Assembly (NCBI RefSeq): GCF_963921235.1
Contig: NC_086108.1
Span: 116,748,001 to 116,812,000, forward strand
DNA from: Mobula hypostoma
Lineage: Eukaryota
Reading direction: 5' to 3'
DNA length: 64,000 bases
Made by a program: the position numbers and the translations under genes. The notes below the pieces were generated by a model, which saw only the letters and a program-made list of their open reading frames with translations, ran no database searches and had not been told where the DNA came from. How positions within the stretch are numbered: the first letter of the stretch is position 1; each line of letters opens with the position of its first letter. Positions 41,847 to 54,516 of this stretch are shown here, piece after piece.

Positions 41847-44800
41847 TTTGAGAGTATGCAAAATTCAGTTTGAGTGTACACGAGATTAAGTTTGAGTGTG
41901 AGAGTGTGCGGGATTGAGTTTGAGGGCGCGAGACTGAGTCTGAGAGGGCGCGAGATTATTGAGTTTGGGTGCATGAGTTTGAGTTTAATCGTGACATGAT
42001 TGAGTTTGTGCATGCGACGGATTTGGGATTGAGAGTGTCTGGGATTGAGTTTGAGAGAGCGCAAGATTGAGTTTAATGGTGCATGAATTTGAGTCTGACA
42101 TTGAGCAAGATTGAGGCTGAGAGGGCAGAAGTTTGAACCTGAGAGAGCGGGAGTTTGAGCTTGAGAGGGCACGAGATTGAGTTTGAGAGAGCTCAAGATT
42201 GAGTTTGGGTGCATGAGTTTGAGTTCAATCGTGACATGATTGAGTTTGTGTGTGCGACAGATTTGAGATTGAGTGTGTGCGAAACTGAGTTTGAGTGCGT
42301 GCAGGTTTTAGTTTGAGAGTGCGCAAGTTAGAGGATGAAAGTGCACAGGTTTGAGTGTGAGCGTGCGCGGTTTTGAATGTGAGAATGTGCAAGTTTGTGA
42401 GAGGGCGCGAGATTGAGTTTCAGCGTATGTGAGTTTGAGAGTGTGCAAGTTTGAATTTGAGAGTGCACGAGTTTGAATGTGAGAGTGTGCACGTTTGAGT
42501 TTGAGTGTGCGCGAGACTGAGTTTGGGTGAACGAGTGGGAGTTTGATCGTGACATGATTGAGTTTGAGTGTGTACGGTTTTAAGATTCAGTGTGCACAAA
42601 ACTGAGGTTGAGTTTGCACACAATTAAGTTTGAGTGTGTGCAGGTTTTAGTTTGAGAGTCTGAGTGAGTGTGTGCAAGTTGAGCTTGAGTGTTTGGGAGA
42701 TTGAGTTTGAGAGTGTGAGATTGATCATGTCAAGTTTAAGTTTGAGTTTGAGCATGTGCAGGTTTCAGATTGAGAGTGGCTGGGATTTAGTTTGAGAGTA
42801 TGCAAAATTGAGTTTGAGCATGCTTGAGTTTGAGAGTGTGCGAGTTGGAGTGTGAGAGTGTGCGAGTTTGTGTTTAAGATTGAGTTTCAGTGTGTGCGAG
42901 TTCAAATTTGAGAGTGTGCAAGTTTGAGTTTGAGAGTGTGCGGGTTTAAGTTTGTGAATGTGGGATTGTGTTTGAGTTTGTGTGTTTGTGAGACTGATTT
43001 TGAGAGTCAGCGAGATCGAGTTTGAGAGAGCACAAGATTGAGTTTGAGTGTGCGTGAGATTGAATTTTAGAGTGTGTGAGTTTGAATTTGATTGTGACGA
43101 AACTGAGTTTGAGCATAGCGGGATTGAGTTTGAGAGTGCTTAAATTTGAGTGTGAAAATGTGCACATTTGAGTTTGAGAGTGTATGAGAAAGAGCTTGAG
43201 AGTGCACGAGACTGAGATCGATAGGGCGTGAGTTTGAATTTGAGAGAGCACGAGATTGAGTTTCAGCGTGTGTGAGTTTGAGTTTGAGAAGGCGCAGGAT
43301 TGAGTTTCAGTGTGCATGAGATTGAATTTTAGAGTGTGTTTGTTTGAGTTTTAATTGTGACGAGACTGAGTTTGATCGTGATGAGACTGAGTTTGAGCAT
43401 GCGCGGGATTGAGTTTGAGAGTGAATGAGATTGAGTTTGAGAGAGTGCGAGATTTTGCTTGCGTGCACAAGTTTGAGTTTAGTCGTGACATGATTGAGTT
43501 TGTGCGTTGTACGGGTTTGAGATTGAGAGCGTCCGGGATTGAGTTTGAGAGAGCACGAGATTGAGGTTGGGTGCACGAGTTTGAGTTTAATCGTGACATG
43601 ATTGAGTTTGTGCAAGCACGGGTTTGAGATTGAGTGTGCGCATAATTGAGTTTGAGTGTGTGCAGGTTTCAGTTTGAGAGTGCATGATATTGAGTTTGAG
43701 TTTTATGTGCGTGAGTTTGAGATTGAGAGTATGCGAAATTGAGCTTGAGTTTTTGCGAGATTGAGGTTGGAAGTGTGTGATTTTGAGTTTGAGAGTGCGC
43801 GGGTTTTCTATTGAGAGTGTCTGGGATTGAGTTTGAGAGTATGCAAAATTCAGTTTGAGTGTGCTCGAGATTGAGTTTGAGTGTATTGGAGATTGAATTT
43901 GAGTTTGAGCGAGCGCGAGTTGGAGGGTGAAAGTGCACAGTTTTGAGCGTGAGAGTGCGCAAGTTTGAGTGTGAGAATGTGCAAGTTTGTGAGAGGGCAT
44001 GAGATCGAGTTTCAGCTTGTGCGAGTTCAAGATTGTGCAAGTTTGAATTTGAGAGTGCACGAGTTTGAATGTGAGGGTGCGCGAGACTGAGTTTCAGAGT
44101 GCACGAGTTTGAGTGAGAATGTGCGCATTTGAGTTTGAGAGTGTATGAGATTGAGTTTGATAGGGTTTGAGTTTGAATGATTGCAAGATTGAGTTTCAGC
44201 GTGTGTGAGTTCGAGTTTGAGAGTGTGCAAGTTTGAGTTTGAGAGTGCAGGTTTGAGTTTAAATGTGTATGAAACTGAGTTTGAGAGGGCACGAGATTGA
44301 GTTTGAGTGTGCATGAGATTGAATTTTAGAGTTTGTGAGCTTTTTTAATTGTGATGAGACTGAGTTTGAGCATGCGCGGGATTAAGTTTGAGAGTGAATG
44401 AGATCGAGTTTGAGAGAGCGCGAGATTGAGTTTGGGTGCACGAGTGTGAGTTTGATCGTGACATGATTGAGTTTGAGCGTGTGCGGTTTTGAGATTCAGT
44501 GTGCACAAAATTGACTTTGAGTATGCGCACAATTGAGTTTGAGTATGTGCAGGATTTAGTTTGAGAGTTTGAGCTTGAGTGTGCGCGAGATTGAGTTTGA
44601 GAGTGTGTGATTTTTGTGTTTGAGAGTGAAAGATTGAGCTTGATCGTGACAGACTGAGTTTGAGCATGTGCGGGTTTGAGATTGAGAGTGCCCGGGATTT
44701 AGGGTGAGAGTGCGCGAGTTTGAGTGTGAGAGTAAGCGAGATTGTGTTTAAGACTGAGTTCGAGAGTGCGCGAGACTGAGTTCGAGAGTGCGCAAGACTG

Positions 44801-47800
44801 AGTTTGAGTGTGAGTGAGATTAAATTTTAGAGTGTGTGAGTTTGAAATTGATTGTGACAAAACTGAATTTGAGCATATCGGGATTGAGTTTGAGACTGAG
44901 TGAGTTTGAGTTCGAGAGTGCACGAGTTTGAGTTCGAGAGTGCTTGAGTTTGAGAGAGTGCGAGATTAAGTTTCAGTGTGTGTGAGTCCAACCTTGAGAG
45001 TGTGCAAGCTTGAGTTTGAGAGTGCATGAATTTGAGTTTGAGAGTGCGCACGTTTGAATTTGAGTGTGCACGTTTGAGTTTGAGTGTGCATGAGATTGAA
45101 TTTTAGAGTGTGAGAGTTTGAATTTTAATTGTGATGAGACTGAGTATGATCGTGACGAAGCTGAGTTTCAGCATGCGCGGGACTGAGTTTGAGAGTGCAC
45201 AAGTTTGAGTTTAAGAGTGTGCGGGATTGAGTTTAAGAGGGTGCATGGAGTTGAGTTTGAGAGAACGCGAGATTCTGTTTCGGCGTGTACGATTTCGAGT
45301 TTGAAAGTGTGCAAGTTTGATTCTGAGGGAACTTGAGAGTGCACAAATTTGAGTTTGAGATTGTGCGAGATCGAGGCTGAGAGGGCTCAAATTTGGGTTT
45401 GAGAGGGCTGGAGTTTGAGAGAGCGCAAGATTGAGTTTGGGTGCACAAATTTGACTGTGTGCATGCGCGGGTTGGAGATTGAGTGTGTGCGAACTTGAGT
45501 TTGAGTGGGCACATAAATAAGTTTGAATGTGTGCAGGTTTCAGTTTGAGAGAGAGTGAGATTGAGATTGAGTGCATGAGTCTGAGTTTGAGAGTGCCAGG
45601 TTTGAGATTGACAGTGTCCGGGATTGTGTTTGAGAGTATGCAAAATTGAGTTTGAGTGTGCGCGAGATTGAGTTTGAGAGGGCATGGGTTGGAGGGTGAA
45701 AGTGCACAGGTTTGAGTGTGAGAGTGCGTGGGTTTGAGTGTGAGAATGCGCAAGTTTGTGAGAGAGCGCGAGATTGAGTTTCAACGTGTGCGAGTTCGAG
45801 TTTGAGAGTGTGCAAGTTTGAATTTCAGAGTGCATGAGTTTGAATCTGAGAGTGTGCGCATTTGAGTCTGAGAGTACATGAGACTGAGTGTTTGGTGTGT
45901 GAGAGGGCGCGAGTTTGAGTTTGGGTGCACGAGATTGAATTTGATCGTGACATGATTGAGTTTGTGCGTGCATGAGTTTGAGATTGAGTGTGCTCAGGTT
46001 TCAGTTTGAGAGTGCGTGAGATTAGCTTGAGTTTGAGTGCATGAGCTTGAGTTTCAGTGTGCGTGAGTTTGAGTTTGAGAGTGTGTGAATTTAAGCTTGA
46101 GTGTTTGCGAGATTGAGTTTGAGAGTGCACAAGTTTGAGTTTGAGAGTGTGCAATATTGAGCTTGAGTGTTTGCGAAATTGAGTTTGAGTGTGTGATCTT
46201 GTGTTTGAGAGTGTGAGATTGAGTTTGAGAGTGTGCGGTTTTGAGTTTAAGAGTGCACGAGATTGAGATTGGGTGCACAAGTTTGAGTTTGATCATGACC
46301 TGATTGAGTTCGTGCATACACAAGTTTGAGTTTCAGTGTGTTCGAGTTTGAGAGTGTGTAGGGTTGAGTTTCAGAGTGCGTGTTTGAGTTTGAATGTGTG
46401 TGAGACTGAGTTTGAGCATGCATGAATTTGAGTGTGAGATTGCATGGGCTTGAGTGTGAGAATGCACGAGTTTGTGTTTGAGGGGGTGCAAGATTGAGTT
46501 TCAGCATGTGCGAGTTCGAGTTTGAATGTATGCAAGTTTGAGAGTGCATGAATTTGAGTGTGGGAGTGTGCTCATTTGAGTTTGAGAGTACATGAGATTG
46601 AGAGTGTGCAGGTTTGAGTTTGGTGTGTGAGAGACTGAGTTTGAGAGGGCGCAAGATTGAGTTTGAGAGTGTGTGATCTTGAGTTTGAGAGTGCAAGATT
46701 GATTTTGATCATGACAAGATTGGGTATGAGCATGTGCGCGTTTGAGATTGAGGGTGCCTGGGATTCAGTTTGAGAGTATGCAAAATTCAGTTTGAGCATG
46801 CCCAAGTTTGATTGTGAGAGTGCACAGGTTTGAGTGTGAGAGAGCTTGAGTTTGAGAGGGCGCGAGATTGAGTTTGGGTGCACGAGTGTGAGTTTCATCA
46901 TGACATGGTTGAGTATGTGCGTGTGCATGTTTAAGATTGGTAGTGCCCAGGATTCTGTTTGAGAGTATGCAAAATTTAGCTTGAGTGCACGAAACTGTGT
47001 TTGAGCGTGCGCAAGTTTAAGTTTGAGAGTGCGTGAGTTTGAGTGTGGGAGTGTGCAGGCTTGAGTGTGAGAGTGCACGAGTTTGAGAGGGCACGAGATT
47101 GGATTTTAACGTGTGCGTGTTTGAGTTTGAGAGTGCACGAATTTGAATGCGAGACTGTGCGCATTTGAGTTTGAGAGTACATGAGATTGAGTTTCAGAGT
47201 GTGCGGGTTTAAGTTTGGTGTGTGTGAGACTGAGTTTGAGAGTGCGCGACATTGCCTCTGATAGGCGCGAGTTTGAGCTTAAGAGGATGTGAATTTGAAT
47301 TTGAGAGAGCCCGAGTTTCAGTTTGAGAGAGCGCGAGACTGAGTTTGGGTGCACAAGTTTGAGTTTGGTTGTGACATGATTGAGTTTGTGCGTGCACGAG
47401 TTTGAGTTTGAGTGTGCGCATAATTGAGTTTGAGTGTGTGCAGGTTTCAGTTTGAGAGTGCGTGAGATTGAGGTTGATTGTGATGAATTTGAGTTTGAGA
47501 GTGCATGTGATTGAGTTTGAGCATGTGCGATTTTGAGCTTGATTGTCCGTGGGATTGAGATTGGGTGTGCGAGAGTAAATTTGAGAGAGTTTGAGATTGG
47601 GTTTGATCATGATGAGTGAGTTTGAGTGTGCACGAGTTTGAGTTTGATCGTGATGAGTTTGAGAGTGCATGTGGGACTTCCGGTAGCGCTCATGGAGTGA
47701 AGTCGCATTCTTGACTCGCTCCATTACCTCTGAGTTTTTTTTCTCTATGGTCAGCTATACTTTAATTAACCATTAAGGCATCAATTCTTACAATACTTTG

Positions 47801-47827
47801 AATTAAACTGAATTCTCCGACAATTGG

Positions 47828-48727
47828 ATGATACTTAGATCTGCTATGTCTAAGAACGGGAAAAACGGCAAGGATGGTAAACCTCCGGTTAAACCGAAAG
47901 CTACGGATTTCCCTCCGACTGAATCACCGGTGACTTTGAAAGCGATATCGGAGTTAATTCAGAGGGAAATTTCAACCTCTGTTAGGGAGATGATTCGTAC
48001 GGAAATTGCAGGCTCTGTTAAAGACCTGATTCATACGGAAATCTCAACTAATTTCCAGAAAATTGCCGATTCAATGGATAAGATGCAAACATTTATTGCG
48101 GAACATCAGTCGGCTATATCTGATCTTCAAAAATTCGCGCAACAAAGTGAGCTTAAGATGGGGAAAATCGAAGAAACAATTAATGTAATGAAGAAGAAAC
48201 TTGACTTTTTGACTTTTAAAAACTCTGACTTGGAATCTAGAATGCGACGGCAGAATTTACGAATGATCGGGGTGAGGGAAGCCGTGGAATCCAACAACCC
48301 CATGAAATATTTTTCTCAACTTTTAAAAGATGCATTCCCTACTGTATTTCCTGACCAACCACCGCTTCTGGATCGTGTTCACAGAATCCCATCATACTCG
48401 TCTAGGTCAGATAGACCTAGGCATGTTATTTTACGTTTTCATTATTTTCAAGACAAGGAGAGACTGTTTCGATTCGCTCGATCTAAAGGTTTCATTGATT
48501 TTTCGGATCTTAAGTTCCGATTCGTGGAAGATTTCAGTAAACCAATCTGGGACCAACGGATTCGTTACAGATCCGTGATGTCGGAATTCTATAAAATGGA
48601 TTTAAGACCAGCGCTGCTGTACCCTGCACGTCTAAGGATTCGTATGTCAGATGGAGCCCTTCGTTTTTTTGATTCTCCATCGGATGCCCAGAGTTATCTG
48701 GATCAACTTTCATCTTCAACATCTTAA
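47828..48727 (+). CDS. L1 ORF1p (coiled coil, RRM and CTD; transposase_22-like)
   Basis: DLESRMRRQNLRMIGVRE, LDRVHRI, PRHVILRFH, FVEDFS, LLYPARLRI; open 299 aa. Confidence 0.9.
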   Translation: MILRSAMSKNGKNGKDGKPPVKPKATDFPPTESPVTLKAISELIQREISTSVREMIRTEIAGSVKDLIHTEISTNFQKIADSMDKMQTFIAEHQSAISDLQKFAQQSELKMGKIEETINVMKKKLDFLTFKNSDLESRMRRQNLRMIGVREAVESNNPMKYFSQLLKDAFPTVFPDQPPLLDRVHRIPSYSSRSDRPRHVILRFHYFQDKERLFRFARSKGFIDFSDLKFRFVEDFSKPIWDQRIRYRSVMSEFYKMDLRPALLYPARLRIRMSDGALRFFDSPSDAQSYLDQLSSSTS

Positions 48728-49452
48728 TTGCCTTTTTTTTAATTATCTCCGTTGATCAGAGGCTGTGAATTGGTTGGTTTTAACTTTTTCGTGCCCTATC
48801 TGGGCAGAAAAGTTTATTTTTGATTTCTTAATATGGTTGCTAAACTTTCTTTTTAACTGCGTCATTTCTTTCTTTTCCCAGGGGATTCTGGGTGGTTACT
48901 TCCCTTTTGTCATCTTACGTATTCCCTGTGTGGCCTTAAATTTTGTAGTTTTTTTTTAAATTTTATTCTGTTTTGCTTTTTATAACCACTTTATGTCAAT
49001 AATCCTATTTTTTCTTGTTGCTGTGTCTATTCATGGGTTTGAGGTTTATTGTGGTTTTTTTTAATATATATTTTCCGGCTTTTGTTCTGTTCTGTGTGTA
49101 TTTTAATTGAGCTAACTTTTTTTTTACTTACTTTTTTACTGTTTTACAATTAGCTGATCCTTTTCATATTTATACCTTTTTTTTAGGGAGCGTATACCGG
49201 AAGTCATGGGGGTAGTTTTAGCGCTTGCTTCTTTCTGGCGGGTCTGCTTTAGATTTTGCCTTGGGGTTTTGGGGCGGAAGGGTGGTGGGAGGGGCTTCAC
49301 GTTTTAGTTTGTTTCTCTTTGGGCTATAATACATTATTGAAGTACTGGTTGCGTCCTTTTTCCCGGTATCTTTTGTATGTTCTGTTTCCTCTCCGGGTTT
49401 GTGGGTCGCGCCTATCATCAATCCTCCTTGTTGTGGGTTGACTTTAGGATTT

Positions 49453-52400
49453 ATGGAGTCTATTATTAATTTTGTCTCCTGGAATTCTAATGGTCTTAAT
49501 CATCCTATTAAAAGGAAAAAAGTTTTTAAAGTGTTCCGGAGACTTAAAGCACAAATTTTATTTTTACAAGAGACCCATGTACGGAGGGGGGACAGACTAC
49601 GTTTTTTCAAATTCTGGAAGGGACAACAATTTCATTCGAACTCCAATGCTAAGATTCGAGGCGTCTCTATTTTTATAGATTCCTCAGTTACTTTTATACA
49701 ACAGGATATTATCTCTGATCCGAATGGTAGATTTTTATTGGTTAGTGGTTTACTATTTAATAAAAAAGTAGTTTTGGTTAATGTTTATGCTCCTAATATG
49801 GATTGTCCGGAATTTTATAAATCATTGTTTGATCAGTTTCCGAATTTGAACGAGTTTTCATTGATTTGGGGCGGAGATCTTAATACCTGTTTGTCTCCAG
49901 CTTTGGACCATTCGGCTCCTTTACGGACTTTACCTAATAAATCTGCAAATCTGATTAATTTTTTCCTTTCTGATTCTGGGTCGACGGACATTTGGCGTTT
50001 TCTGCATCCTCAGGAAAAAGATTTTTCCTTCTTTTCACATGTTCATCATTCCTATTCAAGAAATGATTATTTTTTCATTGATTCTCGTCTTATTCCTTCA
50101 GTGATTAAATGTGATTATGATTCTATAACCATTTCGGATCATGCTCCACTTAAGCTTTCTATTAAAATTATGGCCAATATACCAAATAATAGACAATGGC
50201 GTTTTAATTCGCTGTTGCTTCAGGACTCGGACTTTGTTAATTTTATGAATGAACAGATTGAGCTTTTTTTTACAATTAACCATACAGAAGATATTTCGGT
50301 TAACACTCTTTGGGACACTTTTAAAGCCTATATTCGGGGTCAGATTATTTCATATTCTGTTGCTTTGAGGAAGAAACAGAAGCAGGAGGAGATGGCAATT
50401 GTGGACAAGATTAAAGAAATTGATAAGAAATATGTTATGGCTCCTTCTGAGGAGTTATACAAACAAAGAACTGAACTTCAAATGGAACACAGTTTACTAC
50501 TCTCGTCCTCGATTGTAAACCAATTAAAGAAAACAAGAAGTGACTTTTATGTTCACAGTGACAAAATTGGCAAGCTGCTGGCTAATCAATTGAAATCTAA
50601 TTATGTTAAATCTCAAATCAATCAGATTTATAACCAAAATGATCGATTGATACTGGATCATGTGGGGATTAATCAAACCTTTTGTGATTTTTATTCTTCT
50701 TTATATCAATCAGAGTCTCCTCGAGATTCTAAATATACGAATGATTTTTTAGATAAGTTAGACTTCCCTCAGATTTCACAGGATAGGTCTTCTTCATTAG
50801 ATACTTCCATTACAATGGATGAGATTAAGAATGTTATTTTTTCTATGAATCTGGGGAAAGCTCCTGGCCCTGATGGGTTTACCGTTGAATTTTATAAATG
50901 TTTTGCTTCTTTATTGATTCCTTGGCTCTGTAGGGTTTTTGAGGCTTCTTTGAAACTTGGTAAACTTCCTGAATCTTTTAATAGAGCATCAATTTCTCTA
51001 ATACTAAAGAAGGATAAAGACCCTGCTCAATGTGCATCTTATAGACCAATATCTTTATTAAATGTTGATTCTAAAGTTTTTTCTAAGTTATTAGCAAATA
51101 GACTAGAAAAAGTACTTCCTTCTATTATTTCGGAAGATCAAACGGGTTTTATTAAAGGTCGTTACTCTTTTTATAATATTCGTACATTGTTAAATATCGT
51201 TTATACTCCCTCACAAAATGTTCCTGAGTGTGTTATTTCTTTAGATGCCGAGAAAGCTTTTGATAGAGTAGAATGGCCTTATTTATTTAAGGTGCTTGAA
51301 ATGTTTAATTTTAGCTTGAAATTTATATCCTGGATTAAACTGTTATATCACTCCCCTGTAGCCTCGGTTCGTACTAACTCTTTAAACTCACCTTTTTTTC
51401 CTCTCTTTCGTGGTTCTCGACAAGGCTGTCCTCTTAGTCCCCTATTATTTGATATTGCATTAGAACCTCTTGCAATTGCTATTCGAGAATCTTCAAATAT
51501 TACTGGGATAACTCGGGGATTAAAGTCCCATAAATTATCACTCTATGCTGATGATTTACTTTTATATATTTCTAATCCTGAGAGATCCATTCCTGCTGTT
51601 TTAGAGTTATTAGCACAATTTGGTCTTTTCTCAGGTTATAAATTAAATCTTAGTAAGAGTGAACTTTTTCCGATTAATAAACATCTTCCCTTATATTATA
51701 AATTTCCATTTAAATTGATTAATAATTACTTTTCATATCTTGGGATTAAAATTACTTGTAAATACAAAGATTTATTTAAGACTAACTTTTTACCATTAAT
51801 AGACCATATTACTCAACTTTCATCTAAATGGTTTCCCTTATATTTAACTTTGATTGGTCGTATTAATGCAGTTAAGATGTTTTTTTTGCCAAAATTTTTA
51901 TATGTGTTTCAGGCATTACCAATTTTCGTTCCTAAATCTTTTTTTGATAAAGTTGACTCTAAAATTTCTTCATTTATTTGGCAGAATAAGAATCCGAGAC
52001 TGGGTAAAATACATTTACAGAAAGCTAAGAGAGATGGAGGTTTAGCATTACCTAACTTTAGATTCTATTATTGGGCTATTAATATTCGACATATGAAATT
52101 TTGGTTACTTGACCAGGACATACTATCTATTCCTAAATGGGTAGCATTGGAATTACAATCTGTTCAGGGTTATACACTTGGTTCTATTTTAGGCTCCTCT
52201 CTCCCTTTTGATTCGAAACGTCTTAAGCAGGTCTCTAACCCGATAGTTAAATATGCTTTGCGCATTTGGTTTCAATTCAGAAAATTTTTTGATCTTAATC
52301 AATTCGGGTTAGCGATTCCTATTTTAGGTAACATTTTTTTCTCCCTCTTTTACGGATCGCGCTTTTCAAATTTGGAAGACTAAGGGTATTTTACGGTTTT

Positions 52401-53227
52401 TGGATTTATTTTTAGATGGTTCCCTTATGTCTTTTGAACAATTATCTAATAAATATAACTTATCAAGAATACATTTTTTTAGATATTTACAAGTTAGAAA
52501 TTTCCTAAGTACTATACTTTCTTCCTTTCCAATGCTTCCTCCTACATATATTTTAGATTCGATAATTAACCTTAATCCATGTCAGAAAGGTGCATCGGCT
52601 ATGATTTATAATATTATTATGAAACTTAGGAAAGCTCCATTTGATAAGATTAGGGTAGATTGGGAACAGGAATTGGGGCTTACCATTTCTGTGGATGATT
52701 GGGGGCAGATTTTACAATTAGTTAATACTTCCTCTATTTGTGCTAAACATTCCCTAATTCAATTTAAAGTGGTTCATAGAGCACATATGTCCAAAGATAA
52801 GTTAGCGCGTTTTTACTCGCATATTAATCCTTTCTGTGATAGATGTTCGGGGCAGATAGCCTCTTTAACTCATATGTTTTGGTCTTGCCCTACTTTGGAA
52901 ACTTTTTGGAGAGATATTTTCAATATTATTTCTAAGGTATTAAATATAGATATCTCTCCTCACCCTATTACTGCTATCTTTGGACTACCTAAAATTTCTA
53001 GTAATCTTTCCCCTTCAGCCCGTAGAATGATTGCATTTCTTACTTTAATGGCGAAAAGATGTATTTTACAACATTGGAAAGAGCTTAATGCTCCAACTAC
53101 CTTTTTTTGGTTTTCTCAGACGATTTTATGTTTGAATTTGGAGAAAATTAGAAGTAACCTTTATGATTCTTCATTTAAATTTGAACAGATTTGGGGACCT
53201 TTTATTCGATATTTTCATTTAATGTAA
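49453..53227 (+). pseudogene. L1 ORF2p (APE endonuclease, RT and CCHC) with a single frameshift at ~52334-52343
   Basis: SWNSNGLN, LQETH, VYAPN, GGDLN, SDHAP; KAPGPDG, YRPISLLN, LDAEKAFD, RQGCPLSP, YADD; after the shift, CDRC..THMFWSC (ORF 52400..53227). Confidence 0.9.
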
Positions 53228-54190
53228 TATTTACCCTTCTTGTTTTTTTTTCACTGTTTTTAATGGAGGTCAGGATTGAGGACGTGATTTTAAGTTTAAC
53301 TCTGTTGGGTTTCAAGTTAGCCCATTGCTTTGCTTTGCTTTTAGTTAGCTGCACGGTGGGTTTTTTTTTGGGGTTTTTTTTTCTTTTTTTTCCATTGATA
53401 TATATAAAATTTAGTATACTATTATGTTATCTTGGTTTCTTATGCTTAAATTACATTGTTTGTAGTATTTTCTTTTTGGTATTGATATCTTTTGGAATTT
53501 TATTATACTTTAACATTGTATTAATGTTTATATGGCTTACCTTTTTTGTATACTTACTCAATAAAAAGATTTAAAAAGAAAGAGAGTGCATGTGATTGGG
53601 TTTGAGCATGTGCGATTTTGTGTTTGTGCACGGATTGAGTTCGAGTGTGTGCGAGTTTGAGTTCGAGTGTGTGCGAGTTTGAGTTCGAGTGTGTGTGAGT
53701 TTGAGTTCGAGTGTGTGCGAGTTTGAGTTCGAGTGTGCGCGAGTTTGAGTTTGAGAGTGCGCGAAATTTGAGTTTGTGCATGTGTGGGTTTGTGTTTGGG
53801 AGTGCACAGGGATTGGGATTGAATGTGCGCAGCATTGAGTTTATGTGTGCACGAGATGGAGTTTCATCGTGATGAGATTGAATTTGTGACAGTGCAAGAT
53901 TCAGTTTGACCGTGACGAGTCTGAGTTCGAGAGTGTGCAATATTGAGTTTTATCATGACGAGTTTGAGTTTGATCGTGCGCGAGTTTAAGTTTCAGAGTC
54001 CTCAAGTTTGAGTTTGAGAGAGCGCGAGTGTGAGTTTGAGACTGTGCGAGATTGAGTTTGAGTGCATGATAATGAGTTTTATCGTGGCGAGTTTGAGAGT
54101 GCACGAGATTGAGTTTGATTGTGATGAGTTTGAGTTAGAGGGTGCATGAGATTAAGTTTGAACGTGTGTGAGATTAAGTTTGAATGTGTG

Positions 54191-54516
54191 GATTGCGTGG
54201 ATAGTCAGAGGCTTTTTCCCAGGGCTGAAATGGCTGGCACAAGAGGGCACAGGTTTAAGGTGCTGGGGAGTAGGTACAGAGGAGATGTCAGGGGTAAGTT
54301 TTTTACGCAGAGAGTGGTGAGTGCATGGAATGGGCTGCCAGCCACGGTGGTGGAGGTGGATACGATAGGGTCTTTTAAGAGACTTTTGGATAGGTACATG
54401 GAGCTTAGAAAAATAGAGGGCTATGGGTAACTCTAATAATTTCTAAAGTAGGGACATGTTTGGCACAACTTCGTGGGCTGTATTGTGCTGTAGGTTTTTT
54501 ATGTTTCTATGTGTCT
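54191..54516 (+). mobile_element. Short CR1 3' insert in the satellite
   Basis: ORF 54146..54430 DSQRLFPRAE..FFTQRVV; tail tttctatgtgtctatgt; possible 7-bp TSD atgtgtg (54184-54190, 54517-54523). Confidence 0.88.

Larger units (their letters stand above)
47674..53581 (+). mobile_element. Full-length L1-clade LINE (5.9 kb), 13-bp TSD
   Basis: TSD gagagtgcatgtg at 47661-47673 and 53582-53594; 5' ggacttccgg; ORF1, T-rich spacer, ORF2, T-rich 3' UTR, AATAAA and A-rich tail. Confidence 0.95.

Noticed and set aside
49399..49452. N-terminal extension of L1 ORF2 in the ORF track
   Set aside because: Starts at a non-ATG codon; the first in-frame ATG at 49453 directly precedes the endonuclease SWN motif
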